DNA from: a virus
Lineage: Duplodnaviria; Caudoviricetes
Direction: 5' to 3' (one strand)
IMG/VR virus record: IMGVR_UViG_3300043803_000642
Coordinates: 606 to 64,605 of that record
DNA: 64,000 nt
The position numbers and the translations under genes are program-made. Below the pieces are notes generated by a model. It ran no database searches. It was not told the origin of the DNA and saw only the letters and a program-made list of their open reading frames with translations. Each line of letters begins with the position of its first letter. Position 1 is the stretch's first letter. Positions 1 to 8,275 of this stretch are shown here, piece by piece.

Positions 1-2
1 GC

Positions 3-440
3 GTGAGTCATATGCTTGTGTTCAACATTCGCAAGGAGTTGAAAGAATCGAAGCAACCGAAAGAATCAAAGACGAAGAAGCCCGATGAAAATGTAAATAT
101 TTACACTAAGCAAGAAGCAGGCCAGTTCAAGTCTGATGGCGTTGCAGAATTCAACGAGGATGAAATCCAGCGTGAGCAGATGCAAGCGTCGATTCAGATG
201 TTGCGTAAAGAAAACGAAGACCTGCAAGATCAGTTGACGGTGGTGCAAGCGGCAAGCATTGATGACATACAGAAGGAAAAAGCCGAGTCGATCATCAGGG
301 ATTTACGCGCACAACTTCGTGCGGCCGAGATAGAATTAAAAGAGATGACCATCAGTCGCGATATGTATCAGCGCGAGAATGGTGAATTAAAAAAGCAAGT
401 CACATCGCTACTCAAGAAACTTAAAAAGCTAGAGGGTTAA
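3..440 (+). CDS. 5'-truncated protein with C-terminal coiled coil (possibly the end of a ParB/HTH-type protein)
   Basis: Open from the window edge; heptad-rich C-terminus; directly upstream of the helicase. Confidence 0.6.
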   Translation: MSHMLVFNIRKELKESKQPKESKTKKPDENVNIYTKQEAGQFKSDGVAEFNEDEIQREQMQASIQMLRKENEDLQDQLTVVQAASIDDIQKEKAESIIRDLRAQLRAAEIELKEMTISRDMYQRENGELKKQVTSLLKKLKKLEG

Positions 441-483
441 TCGTATGCCCACACCAGCGGGCTAGTGCTGGCAGGAGGAATCA

Positions 484-1965
484 ATGTCGCTACAACTCAG
501 GGACTATCAAGAAAAAGCAATAGAGAAACTCAGAGAAGGATTTGCAAGGGGACACAGAACGCAGTTGTTGTATTTGGGGACGGGCGGTGGCAAGACGGAG
601 ATTGCTATCGCCATGCTGGAAGCGGCTCGCAAGAAGGGTAGTAAGGCCGCGATGATCTTGGATCGTATCGTGCTGTGCGACCAGACCAGCAAGCGGCTCG
701 ACAAGTACAGAGTCGATCACGGCGTACTGCAAGCAGGACACTGGCGGTATAAACCGTACGAACCTATCCAAGTCTGTAGCGCACAGACGCTGGAGAAGCG
801 CGGCAGCTTTCCTGGCCTTGATCTGCTGGTGGTAGATGAATGCCACGCGCAGCGCAAGCAGACCATCGAGTTCATCAAGAACAATCCGAACGTGAAGGTT
901 GTCGGGTTGTCGGCCAGCCCATTCACGAAGGGCTTGGCAAGCACATATTCAAACGTCGTTAGTCCTATCACTACTCGCCAGCTAGTCGAGCAGGGATCGC
1001 TCGTACCCTTGCGTGTGTTCATTGCAAAGGAAGTGGACATGACCGGCGCGAAGAAGGTTGCTGGTGAATGGTCACAGGCTGATGCGACAGAGCGTGGTCT
1101 GAAGATCACGGGCGATGTTGTGCAGGAGTGGGCAAAGAAAACACGCGAGATATTTGGTGAGCCACGCAAGACGATTGTCTTTGCTTCTGGTGTTGCACAC
1201 GGCGCAGACTTGGCCGCCAAGTTCCAAGCACTCGGCTACAACTTTGTCAGTCTGAGCTACAAGGATGACGAAGAATGGAAGCGTGAAGTCATCGAGGATT
1301 TTGCCAAGCCTGATTCAAAGATCATTGGCCTGATTGCCTGCGATATCTTGACCAAAGGATTCGACAACGAACACGTCATGATCGGCGTGTCTGCTCGGCC
1401 ATTCTCGAAGTCGTTCAGCTCTCATGTGCAACAGATGGGCAGGGTGATGCGCGCCAACCAGCTCGACCCTGCGGCCAAGCCTTTCGCTGTATGGTTGGAT
1501 CACTCTGGCAATTACCTGCGCTTCCGTGAGGACTGGGATCAACTGTTTGAGGATGGTGTTCACGAACTGCAAGACGGCAAAGAGAAGCCAAAGAAGGAAC
1601 CGTCTGAGCGTCAGAAGAAAGAGAGCAAGTGTCCTGTCTGCCAGATTCTGTGGAACGGTGGCGACACTTGTTTCAACTGCGGTCATGTGCGTGAGCGTCG
1701 GAACCTAGTGACAGAAGTCGACGGCCAGATGATTGAACTATCTGGAAGTGTGCCGCGCGAAAGCAAGCAGGCATTCTGGAATCAGATGGTCTGGCTCATG
1801 CGCTACCAGGGTTGGAGTAAAGGCAGAGCGAGTCACACATACAGAGATAAGTTTGGCGTCTGGCCTCGCGGTCTGAACGATGATTCGCCGCAGATGTTGG
1901 AGGCAGATACCAAGCGGTTCATCGATAAGAAACTGAAGCAGTTCTTGAAAAGTGTGGGGAGATAA
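484..1965 (+). CDS. Superfamily 2 DNA helicase (RadD/YejH-like) with C-terminal Zn ribbon
   Basis: Q-motif LRDYQ, Walker A GTGGGKT, DECH, LSASP, QQMGRVMR, CPVC...CFNC; SD GGAGG. Confidence 0.92.
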   Translation: MSLQLRDYQEKAIEKLREGFARGHRTQLLYLGTGGGKTEIAIAMLEAARKKGSKAAMILDRIVLCDQTSKRLDKYRVDHGVLQAGHWRYKPYEPIQVCSAQTLEKRGSFPGLDLLVVDECHAQRKQTIEFIKNNPNVKVVGLSASPFTKGLASTYSNVVSPITTRQLVEQGSLVPLRVFIAKEVDMTGAKKVAGEWSQADATERGLKITGDVVQEWAKKTREIFGEPRKTIVFASGVAHGADLAAKFQALGYNFVSLSYKDDEEWKREVIEDFAKPDSKIIGLIACDILTKGFDNEHVMIGVSARPFSKSFSSHVQQMGRVMRANQLDPAAKPFAVWLDHSGNYLRFREDWDQLFEDGVHELQDGKEKPKKEPSERQKKESKCPVCQILWNGGDTCFNCGHVRERRNLVTEVDGQMIELSGSVPRESKQAFWNQMVWLMRYQGWSKGRASHTYRDKFGVWPRGLNDDSPQMLEADTKRFIDKKLKQFLKSVGR

Positions 1966-1967
1966 TC

Positions 1968-2822
1968 ATGGACTTTATTCAATTCGCCAGATCACATGGC
2001 ATCATCATCGACGAGCTGCCGGCCGTCGGATCGTGGCATCGGTATCCTACGCAAGACCACCCGCGCAAAAGAAATGGGGCGGTCAAGTTCATGGGCGATC
2101 ATGGATTCGTGCAGAACCATGCGACCAGCACCGTCGTAAGTTTGTGGAAGCCTGACCAAATCAACCGTCTGAACTTAGATATGCGGGCGATCATCATCGA
2201 CCAAGCGAAGGCCGAGCGAGAGCGCACAAGGCTGGCAAGTGCGGCTGTCGGCAAGGCTGTCGGTATGCTGAACGCTAGCGGCAACCGGACTCACCCATAT
2301 TTGGAGAGCAAGGGGTTTCCAGATGAGCAGGGTATCGTGTTGGATATTGAGGGGCAGCCTGTCCTTCTGATCCCGATGAGGGCGGGCAAGTCGCTCGTCG
2401 GATTGCAACAGATCTGGCCTGACGGTACAAAGCGATTCTTGTACGGCCAACGTACAGCGGGCGCGACCTTTTGCTTCGACAACAAAGGCATCAACATTGT
2501 TTGTGAAGGGTACGCCACCGGCCTGTCTATTCGTGCGGCCATGCGTCAGATGAAGCAGCGGTACACCCTGCATATTTGCTTTTCTGCGGGCAACATGGTG
2601 CGCGTTGCTGAGTCGCTGCCACAGGGGTTGGTCATCGTGGACAACGACGAAAGCGGTACAGGGCAGCAAGCGGCGACTACTATCGGCTGGCCTACCTGGA
2701 TGTCTGATCAAGTAGGCGAGGATGCTAACGACTACCATCGGCGTGTTGGCCTGTTCGGGTTGACGCAAAGCCTGACCCAGTCAATGCTCAACATCGGTGC
2801 GGCCAGGCATTACGAACGATAG
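1968..2822 (+). CDS. Toprim-domain DNA primase
   Basis: HPYLESKG, VCEGYATGLS, DNDESGTG, DANDY motifs; adjacent to helicase. Confidence 0.85.
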   Translation: MDFIQFARSHGIIIDELPAVGSWHRYPTQDHPRKRNGAVKFMGDHGFVQNHATSTVVSLWKPDQINRLNLDMRAIIIDQAKAERERTRLASAAVGKAVGMLNASGNRTHPYLESKGFPDEQGIVLDIEGQPVLLIPMRAGKSLVGLQQIWPDGTKRFLYGQRTAGATFCFDNKGINIVCEGYATGLSIRAAMRQMKQRYTLHICFSAGNMVRVAESLPQGLVIVDNDESGTGQQAATTIGWPTWMSDQVGEDANDYHRRVGLFGLTQSLTQSMLNIGAARHYER

Positions 2823-2981
2823 CGCGCCGCCTGTGTGGGGCTGGATATCAGCAAGCGATTGCATGATCTCCACGCCCAACGCAAGGCAGCGATCCCCTTC
2901 TCCGCTGTAGTCGGTCACAATTCGTACCTGCCCGAGTTCATCTTCGAGCAGGTAGATTGTGAACATCCGTTGGCTAGTCAT
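2781..2981 (-). CDS. Hypothetical protein
   Basis: ATG at 2981 overlaps the end of the upstream ORF; last gene of the leftward early cluster. Confidence 0.55.
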   Translation of the reverse strand: MTSQRMFTIYLLEDELGQVRIVTDYSGEGDRCLALGVEIMQSLADIQPHTGGALSFVMPGRTDVEH

Positions 2982-3264
2982 CGATTGTTTCTTCTTCTGG
3001 CTCGTCGTACAGCATACCTGCGACAGTTTCCAGGACATCCCAATTGATGCCGATAGTAGCATCGTGGCGGCGCAGTACCGTATGCAATACGTCTTGCGCC
3101 TGATCGTCTGATAAGTGCGGTGCTACGTCTTGCACATCTTCGATGCCCCAAAAAATGCCAATCCAATCGGGGCTGGCTAGCATTTCACATTGGCGGGTTA
3201 GTTCTCTGATCTCCATCTCGCCAACGTTATCGGGTACGTTTAGGGTAATGGTTACTTGTTTCAT
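2974..3264 (-). CDS. Hypothetical early protein
   Basis: AGGAGATCAGAC leader; WGIEDVQ...LSDDQAQDVL...HDATIGINWD pattern typical of small phage proteins. Confidence 0.75.
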   Translation of the reverse strand: MKQVTITLNVPDNVGEMEIRELTRQCEMLASPDWIGIFWGIEDVQDVAPHLSDDQAQDVLHTVLRRHDATIGINWDVLETVAGMLYDEPEEETIDD

Positions 3265-3278
3265 CGTCTGATCTCCTG

Positions 3279-3437
3279 TTAATCGTTGTCTTGCGTGTAT
3301 AAAAACAGGCCATAGTCGTAACCCTGTTTATATGCTTGATGCTCGTCTGGCTTTTCCCATCCGTGATAGGGGTTGTTGTACTCGCCACAGTTGTAGGCAT
3401 CCAGCGCCCCATGTGCGTAGGCTTTGTGCGTGTTCAT
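3279..3437 (-). CDS. Hypothetical early protein (MNTHKAYAHG...AYKQGYDYG)
   Basis: Start reassigned to the ATG after the repeated AGGAGATCAGACGAT leader. Confidence 0.7.
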   Translation of the reverse strand: MNTHKAYAHGALDAYNCGEYNNPYHGWEKPDEHQAYKQGYDYGLFLYTQDND

Positions 3438-3450
3438 ATCGTCTGATCTC

Positions 3451-3609
3451 CTATTCTTCCTCGGCAAGCTCGCCCTCATTGCTTTCGAGCGCGACCAAAT
3501 TGTTATCCTGCCCGAAGTGGTAATCGACCTCGTCGTGCAGTTCTTTCAATGCTTCTTCGGCACTATTGCCCCTCACCCATACGACACATTCAAAGCGGTA
3601 TAAGTTCAT
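3451..3609 (-). CDS. 52-aa hypothetical early protein (MNLYRFECVVWVRGNSAEEA...), absent from ORF track
   Basis: Repeated SD leader; fills the gap exactly between neighbours. Confidence 0.7.
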   Translation of the reverse strand: MNLYRFECVVWVRGNSAEEALKELHDEVDYHFGQDNNLVALESNEGELAEEE

Positions 3610-3624
3610 CGGTCTGATCTCCTG

Positions 3625-3822
3625 TTAGGCTAATTCATGGTCAAATGCGTAGGTCGATGCTACCGGCTCGGCAAAAGGCTCGGCGCGTAGTTGCTCGGCA
3701 TTAAAAACGTCAACGATTATTCCCTCGTCGGTTGTGTGTAGGTAAACGGTAAACCCGCGAACGTCTACCCATACAGCGCAACTATCATTGGTTTTGTAAT
3801 CTCCATCGGCTAGTGGTTTCAT
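3625..3822 (-). CDS. Hypothetical early protein
   Basis: Repeated SD leader. Confidence 0.7.
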   Translation of the reverse strand: MKPLADGDYKTNDSCAVWVDVRGFTVYLHTTDEGIIVDVFNAEQLRAEPFAEPVASTYAFDHELA

Positions 3823-3835
3823 ATCGTCTGATCTC

Positions 3836-4126
3836 CTATACGTTTACCGTCTGATCGCCTGTCGCGCGGGCGATGGCGGCGATTAATCGTTCGAGCGTTC
3901 CGATTGATTCGTAGCACTCTGGATAGTCATCGAACAGCGAAAGGGCTTCGACGCAAGCGGCCAACAAATCAGGCGCGGCGGCTATGAGTCGGGCGTTGGC
4001 GATTAGTTCGTGATCTGGTATCTCTACCTCGTCATCAAGCATTGCGATGCGGATTGTTCCGGCGTAAACATCAACGGCGGTTGATAGGTCACCGCTAACG
4101 TGCCACGGGGCGCGGGTTGTATTCAT
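3836..4126 (-). CDS. Conserved phage protein (ANARLIAAAPDLL family)
   Basis: APWHV...ANARLIAAAPDLLAAC motif; repeated leader. Confidence 0.8.
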   Translation of the reverse strand: MNTTRAPWHVSGDLSTAVDVYAGTIRIAMLDDEVEIPDHELIANARLIAAAPDLLAACVEALSLFDDYPECYESIGTLERLIAAIARATGDQTVNV

Positions 4127-4141
4127 GGGTCTGATCTCCTG

Positions 4142-4342
4142 TTATGCGCTTGCCAGGGCGCGGAATGTTTTCGGGGCGGTTTGCTCTATCTCTATCTCAT
4201 AGCCGAGCAAGTCGATATCGCGCAGCGTTGCGCGGGTCAGCGTTTTAGTTCCGGCGATGCGGGCGAATAGTTCAGCGGCGTGGCAAGCGGGGTAAAAAGT
4301 TTCTACCCCATAATTTTTGTCGGCGCGAATAGTAATTTTCAT
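4142..4342 (-). CDS. Hypothetical early protein (MKITIRADKNYG...YPAC...FARIAGTKTLT)
   Basis: Start reassigned to the ATG after the repeated leader. Confidence 0.75.
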   Translation of the reverse strand: MKITIRADKNYGVETFYPACHAAELFARIAGTKTLTRATLRDIDLLGYEIEIEQTAPKTFRALASA

Positions 4343-4358
4343 ATCGTCTGATCTCCTG

Positions 4359-5039
4359 TTAATTGGCGGTCTGAATCGGTATAACTCGGCGGGCGCGTTG
4401 GTCGGTTTGTTTGGCGCGTGTACCATGCGCTCGGAAACCGACAATTACCTTGCGGTTACCAGCCGCGCATAATCCGCAAGTCTTGCAAGTCTTATCGTCG
4501 CGGGTCTGCGCGGGGCATACAACGATGGCTCGGCCTTCCGGCGTGGTCGTGCGCTCTGGCGTGTCCATTGGCACGATGCACACTACCGGCAAGCCGGTCG
4601 CGGCAAGCTTGTCCGCTTCACCGGCATCGTCGGCCGATAGGTTGACAGTAAAACCCCAGGCGTTGGCGTGTCGTATCCAGCCGATAGCATCGTCGGATTT
4701 TTTATGCGTGAACGTGAATCCTCGTTTCCCGATATTGGCTCGGACTATTTCACCCAGGGCGGCGGGGTCTACGGCTTCACCCTTTCCTGGTAGGTCACCG
4801 GCTACATTGAAACGCCATAATTGACCGTCTGGCAGGGCGGCGATGCGGTCGCAAGTGTCGGTCAATGATGCGCCCCTGGTCGGAACTTTGTTCCAGTTCA
4901 TCGCGGTGTAATAGTCCTCGGCATAACAGTCCGATCTATAGTGCGGGCATGATGGCGGGCAAGTGCTGCGTTCGCTGTAGGTTACCGGTATCGCGCCGGT
5001 CTTGCGGTTTTCTGATTTTGGGATGAAATGAATTTTCAC
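4359..5039 (-). CDS. Cys-rich Gp88-like protein, possibly Fe-S binding
   Basis: SENRKTG, CPPSCP...CYA, RFNVAGD, CPAQ...CKTCGLC, GFRAHG; GTG start after AAGGGGA. Confidence 0.7.
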   Translation of the reverse strand: MKIHFIPKSENRKTGAIPVTYSERSTCPPSCPHYRSDCYAEDYYTAMNWNKVPTRGASLTDTCDRIAALPDGQLWRFNVAGDLPGKGEAVDPAALGEIVRANIGKRGFTFTHKKSDDAIGWIRHANAWGFTVNLSADDAGEADKLAATGLPVVCIVPMDTPERTTTPEGRAIVVCPAQTRDDKTCKTCGLCAAGNRKVIVGFRAHGTRAKQTDQRARRVIPIQTAN

Positions 5040-5088
5040 AATTTTCCCCTTTGTGAGTGATACCCCGGCGATAACCGGGGCGGTCGGA

Positions 5089-5478
5089 TCAATACTCGCC
5101 CGGCAATAAGTGAGTCCAGCCAGCGCCGTTGTAGCAGGCGTAAAGCTTGATTTCGGCCAGCGGGAAGTCGGTAAATTCAATTCGCTGTGTGGCGTATATG
5201 TTTCCGTTGCCATCGTCTAACGTTAACTCGGCGGCATCGTTCGGCAAACGGTGGAGTCGTGCGACTGTAAACTCGGTCAAGGCGTTAGCGCCCCGAGTCG
5301 TTAGGTGCGAGTCGATAGCATCAAAAAGCCAGTACGCACCGGCATTCTCGGCCAGATACAGAGCGCCATCGGATAACAGCGAGCGGGTGAGCGGGCTCCA
5401 GCGGGTGAGCGAATCGCTTCCGTAGAATTGAGCGAGTGAGGATTCGAGGGCGGCGGCTGATTGTTTTGTGGTTTGCAT
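5089..5478 (-). CDS. DUF6876-like protein
   Basis: QFYGS...DGALYLAENAGAYWLFDAI...DDGNGN...QRIEFTDFP...LLPGEY. Confidence 0.75.
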   Translation of the reverse strand: MQTTKQSAAALESSLAQFYGSDSLTRWSPLTRSLLSDGALYLAENAGAYWLFDAIDSHLTTRGANALTEFTVARLHRLPNDAAELTLDDGNGNIYATQRIEFTDFPLAEIKLYACYNGAGWTHLLPGEY

Positions 5479-5494
5479 GGTCTGATTCTCCTGG

Positions 5495-5779
5495 TTAATT
5501 TAGGTCGAGAGCGCACTGCTGCGGGGTGAGCGCGTGGTTAGTGAAATGAAACCGTACTGTGTAGCAGTCGGCGTGTAGGTCGGAAACAGCGTCGACGGCA
5601 AAGCTAGGCTCATCGTCGACAATCTCAATAGTCATATCTGGCAAGCGGTCGTATCGACGCATAAAAGCGGCTAGGTCTGCGGTTTCCTCGTCAGATAGTC
5701 CGGTTTCATCATCGTTCATGAGGGCTGACAAATAATGTCCGGCGATCGTTTCCTCGTAGTAGTCATTCAGGCGTGTCAT
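5495..5779 (-). CDS. Hypothetical acidic early protein
   Basis: YLSALMNDDETGLSDEE; leader GAGGATACCGACCATG. Confidence 0.7.
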   Translation of the reverse strand: MTRLNDYYEETIAGHYLSALMNDDETGLSDEETADLAAFMRRYDRLPDMTIEIVDDEPSFAVDAVSDLHADCYTVRFHFTNHALTPQQCALDLN

Positions 5780-5790
5780 GGTCGGTATCC

Positions 5791-5874
5791 TCAGAATAAA
5801 AACAGAACAAAAAGAAAAGCCCACATTATCAAAAAGCCAATTGCTCCAGCGATGAGTTCGGCGATGGTTTGCAT
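5791..5874 (-). CDS. 27-aa single-pass membrane peptide (MQTIAELIAGAIGFLIMWAFLFVLFLF)
   Basis: Leader AAGGGAACCGACCATG; fully hydrophobic. Confidence 0.6.
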   Translation of the reverse strand: MQTIAELIAGAIGFLIMWAFLFVLFLF

Positions 5875-5885
5875 GGTCGGTTCCC

Positions 5886-6059
5886 TTATAAAGTTCCGAC
5901 AAGGGTTCCGTCCTCGTCGCGGATTTCGATAACGTAAGCCTGGCGGGTTCCCTTGTGAACCATCAGCGATTGCAGGATGTATTGCCAGTCGGGGTCGGCG
6001 GCGGCATTGGCGTTGCGGATCTGCTCGGCCTTGTCGTAGTCGCGAAAGAATGTAGTCAT
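5886..6059 (-). CDS. 57-aa hypothetical early protein (MTTFFRDYDKAEQ...), absent from ORF track
   Basis: SD GGAG; fits between neighbours. Confidence 0.65.
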   Translation of the reverse strand: MTTFFRDYDKAEQIRNANAAADPDWQYILQSLMVHKGTRQAYVIEIRDEDGTLVGTL

Positions 6060-6101
6060 GGTCTAGGCTCCAGGAAAGCCCGCTTGCGCGGGCGGGTCGG
6101 G

Positions 6102-6470
6102 TCAAGCGGATATCAAGCTGCGAACTTTTGATTCATCGTCGGCAAGCTTGAAGTCAAGCAAAGCGGCGCGCGCGGTTTCATCCCATTCGCGGAGTACGCC
6201 AAGCGGGTCGGCTTCGACGGTATATGCCCAGTCGCAAGCGGCTTCATTCTCATCGTCGAAAACAGCGCAAGCTTCGTAGTAGCTGCCGAAGTCGTGCGGA
6301 AACGATTTGACGGTCATATATCCTGCATCGGGTTCGGGATAGTGTCGGCGAATCTGGTCGGCGAATAGTCGTGCTTCTCGGCGTTGCGCGGTCGCATACT
6401 GTCCGGTCGGTTCGTTGTGGGTGCAGTCCTCGTCGGTCGGTACAGTTCCGATAGTGAGATAGTCTTTCAT
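6102..6470 (-). CDS. Hypothetical early protein
   Basis: IGTVPTDEDC...FPHDFGSYYE; leader AAAGGAAACCGACCAATG. Confidence 0.75.
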   Translation of the reverse strand: MKDYLTIGTVPTDEDCTHNEPTGQYATAQRREARLFADQIRRHYPEPDAGYMTVKSFPHDFGSYYEACAVFDDENEAACDWAYTVEADPLGVLREWDETARAALLDFKLADDESKVRSLISA

Positions 6471-6489
6471 TGGTCGGTTTCCTTTCGAG

Positions 6490-6678
6490 TTAAATAATTC
6501 CAGCGTCGATGTTGTCATGCCCAAATGTTGAGCGAGCCATATCTGCGGCTATATCGATTGCTTCAGCGATAAGCGAATCAGTCCAAGCGGGCTGCTCACC
6601 TTGTTCAAGGGTGTCAATCACTATGTCGGTAACTTCAATTTGTTTTCCGGTGGTTCGGTCTTGTATGCAAAAGCGCAT
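6490..6678 (-). CDS. First gene of the early cluster, hypothetical
   Basis: SD GGAG just downstream of a predicted promoter. Confidence 0.6.
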   Translation of the reverse strand: MRFCIQDRTTGKQIEVTDIVIDTLEQGEQPAWTDSLIAEAIDIAADMARSTFGHDNIDAGII

Positions 6679-6722
6679 GATGTTCTCCAAGTGAGCGATA
6701 CAGAGTGCATCGCATGGAAAGG

Positions 6723-6750
6723 ATATTAGTCGATGCAATAGGTTTGTCAA
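6723..6750 (-). promoter_or_regulatory. Sigma70-type promoter for the leftward early cluster
   Basis: Minus strand TTGACA-16 nt-TAATAT. Confidence 0.6.
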
Positions 6751-6954
6751 GGGGATGTATTGCATTATGCACGATGATATATTTCTATCGATTTGGCGGT
6801 ATCGATAGCACTGCTATTGCCAGGGTCAAGTCGATAGGCATTGACTATTCCGCATTTGTTCCGGTATTGTGCGGGCGTGTAGTGCTGCGAGTGATTGTCA
6901 TTGTGACAACACGATGCGCGGCGGCGAGTAACTGAGCGAAGCGAAGATCAGCCC

Positions 6955-7689
6955 ATGAGTAGGAAAGCCATAAGAGAGCAAGTAAGAGAAACAATAAAGA
7001 GCAAAGGCATCGATTCTGCATTGCGTCTTGGTCGGACAGGACTAACAGCAAAGCAAAAGCGGTTTGCAGAGGGGATTGTCTTGGAGGGTTTGACCGGTGC
7101 TGATGCTTATCGCCAGGCGTATGACACCAAGGCCAAGGCTCACGTTGTGGGAACTGATGCAAGTAAGCTTAAGGCAAATCCTAGAGTCGCCCTTGAGATA
7201 GCCGCGCTGGAACAGGCAAAACAGGTAGCTGCGTTGCATACCGCAGAAGCTTTGCGCTCTCTGGTGATTTCTTCCCTCACTTCTGCGCTCATCGACCCAG
7301 AGACAAAGCCGGCAACACGTATACAAGCGGCCAAAGTCCTGGGACAAGTGACAGAAGTTGCGGCCTTTACTGAGCGCAAAGAGATAACACACATACAGGA
7401 CAGCGGCGCGATACGTTCCCAGATACTCGACCAGCTTAAGAGCATGATGCTCGGCTCGGCTGATGCGGTCGACGTCGACGCGAATTCCCTGCTAGTGGAA
7501 TTGGCGGGCGATGAACCCCAGGGTACGGGTACACCCCCAAATGCAGAATGGGACTCCGGCGCGCATATGCATAGTAATGACCACGAACAATTCCCAGAAA
7601 AATCGGATTCCCCCGAATCCAGCGAACACCCCCCGTCACCTTCAGAAACGCAGACCCCCCGGGGGGATATTTCTGGAGAAAATACGTAG
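6955..7689 (+). CDS. terS: Terminase small subunit
   Basis: LTAKQKRFAE...ADAYRQAYD...ASKLKANPRV HTH pattern; upstream of terL. Confidence 0.8.
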   Translation: MSRKAIREQVRETIKSKGIDSALRLGRTGLTAKQKRFAEGIVLEGLTGADAYRQAYDTKAKAHVVGTDASKLKANPRVALEIAALEQAKQVAALHTAEALRSLVISSLTSALIDPETKPATRIQAAKVLGQVTEVAAFTERKEITHIQDSGAIRSQILDQLKSMMLGSADAVDVDANSLLVELAGDEPQGTGTPPNAEWDSGAHMHSNDHEQFPEKSDSPESSEHPPSPSETQTPRGDISGENT

Positions 7690-7703
7690 TTGCCAAACAG
7701 CTA

Positions 7704-7717
7704 TGTAAATATTTACA
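7704..7717. promoter_or_regulatory. Perfect palindrome TGTAAATATTTACA, candidate operator (also at 92-105 and 61158-61171)
   Basis: Three exact copies; this one lies 12 bp upstream of the LexA-like gene. Confidence 0.6.
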
Positions 7718-7729
7718 CAAGCAAGTTAT

Positions 7730-8032
7730 ATGCCAGATGTGCAGATAAATCGAGAAATGGTGCGTCGTCGGCGGGAGATGACGTATGAGGAGTGTGTGGA
7801 GGTAGAGATGACGCCGGCGCAGCGGCATGTATTTTTGATAATAGACGAATGGTGGAAGCAGTATGGGTTTGGTCCTTCTATACGGGATATATGTGAGTTA
7901 CGTGGGAAGGGTGGGATGGGGAACACGCATGAGATTATTAAGAGGTTGGTGAAGTTGGGTGTGGTGAAGAAGGTGAAGGGGGCGGGGAGAAGTGTGCGGC
8001 CGGTGTATATCAACTTCAGGACGTTGGAGTAA
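7730..8032 (+). CDS. LexA-type winged-helix DNA-binding protein (no peptidase domain)
   Basis: MTPAQRHVFLII...GFGPSIRDICE...IKRLVKLG...RSVRP. Confidence 0.8.
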   Translation: MPDVQINREMVRRRREMTYEECVEVEMTPAQRHVFLIIDEWWKQYGFGPSIRDICELRGKGGMGNTHEIIKRLVKLGVVKKVKGAGRSVRPVYINFRTLE

Positions 8033-8068
8033 TTGACGACGTGAAAATAAGGTGGTTAGGGGAATGTC

Positions 8069-8275
8069 GTGAGTCATGATGAAAAGCTAATGTTGGAGGC
8101 GTTCCGGCTGTTGTATCAGGTGTACCGGGAGCAAAAGGCTGGGCGGAAGTATTACCGGCCGGTGTCGATATATCCGACCTTGGCAAAGATACAGAAGCGG
8201 CTGAACGGGCCTGTGCGGCAAAATGAGTTGTCGATAGTGGCGATGAGAGAGAAGGCGAATAGTCCGTGGACTTGA
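8069..8275 (+). CDS. Hypothetical protein
   Basis: Co-oriented ORF overlapping the terL start. Confidence 0.5.
   Translation: MSHDEKLMLEAFRLLYQVYREQKAGRKYYRPVSIYPTLAKIQKRLNGPVRQNELSIVAMREKANSPWT

Larger units (their letters stand above)
3261..5499 (-). repeat. Seven dispersed copies of the leader AGGAGATCAGAC(G/C)-n-ATG in front of early genes
   Basis: Plus-strand GTCTGATCTCCT near 3267, 3441, 3612, 3826, 4129 and 4346; variant GTCTGATTCTCCT near 5480. Confidence 0.9.

Noticed and set aside
3261-5499. Dispersed repeats read as a CRISPR array or attC sites
   Set aside because: The repeats are short non-palindromic SD leaders separated by whole ORFs of unequal length, and there is no cas1 or integrase
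7730-8032. SOS-cleavable prophage repressor implying lysogeny
   Set aside because: No S24 peptidase domain, and no integrase or att site is visible, so lifestyle is undetermined
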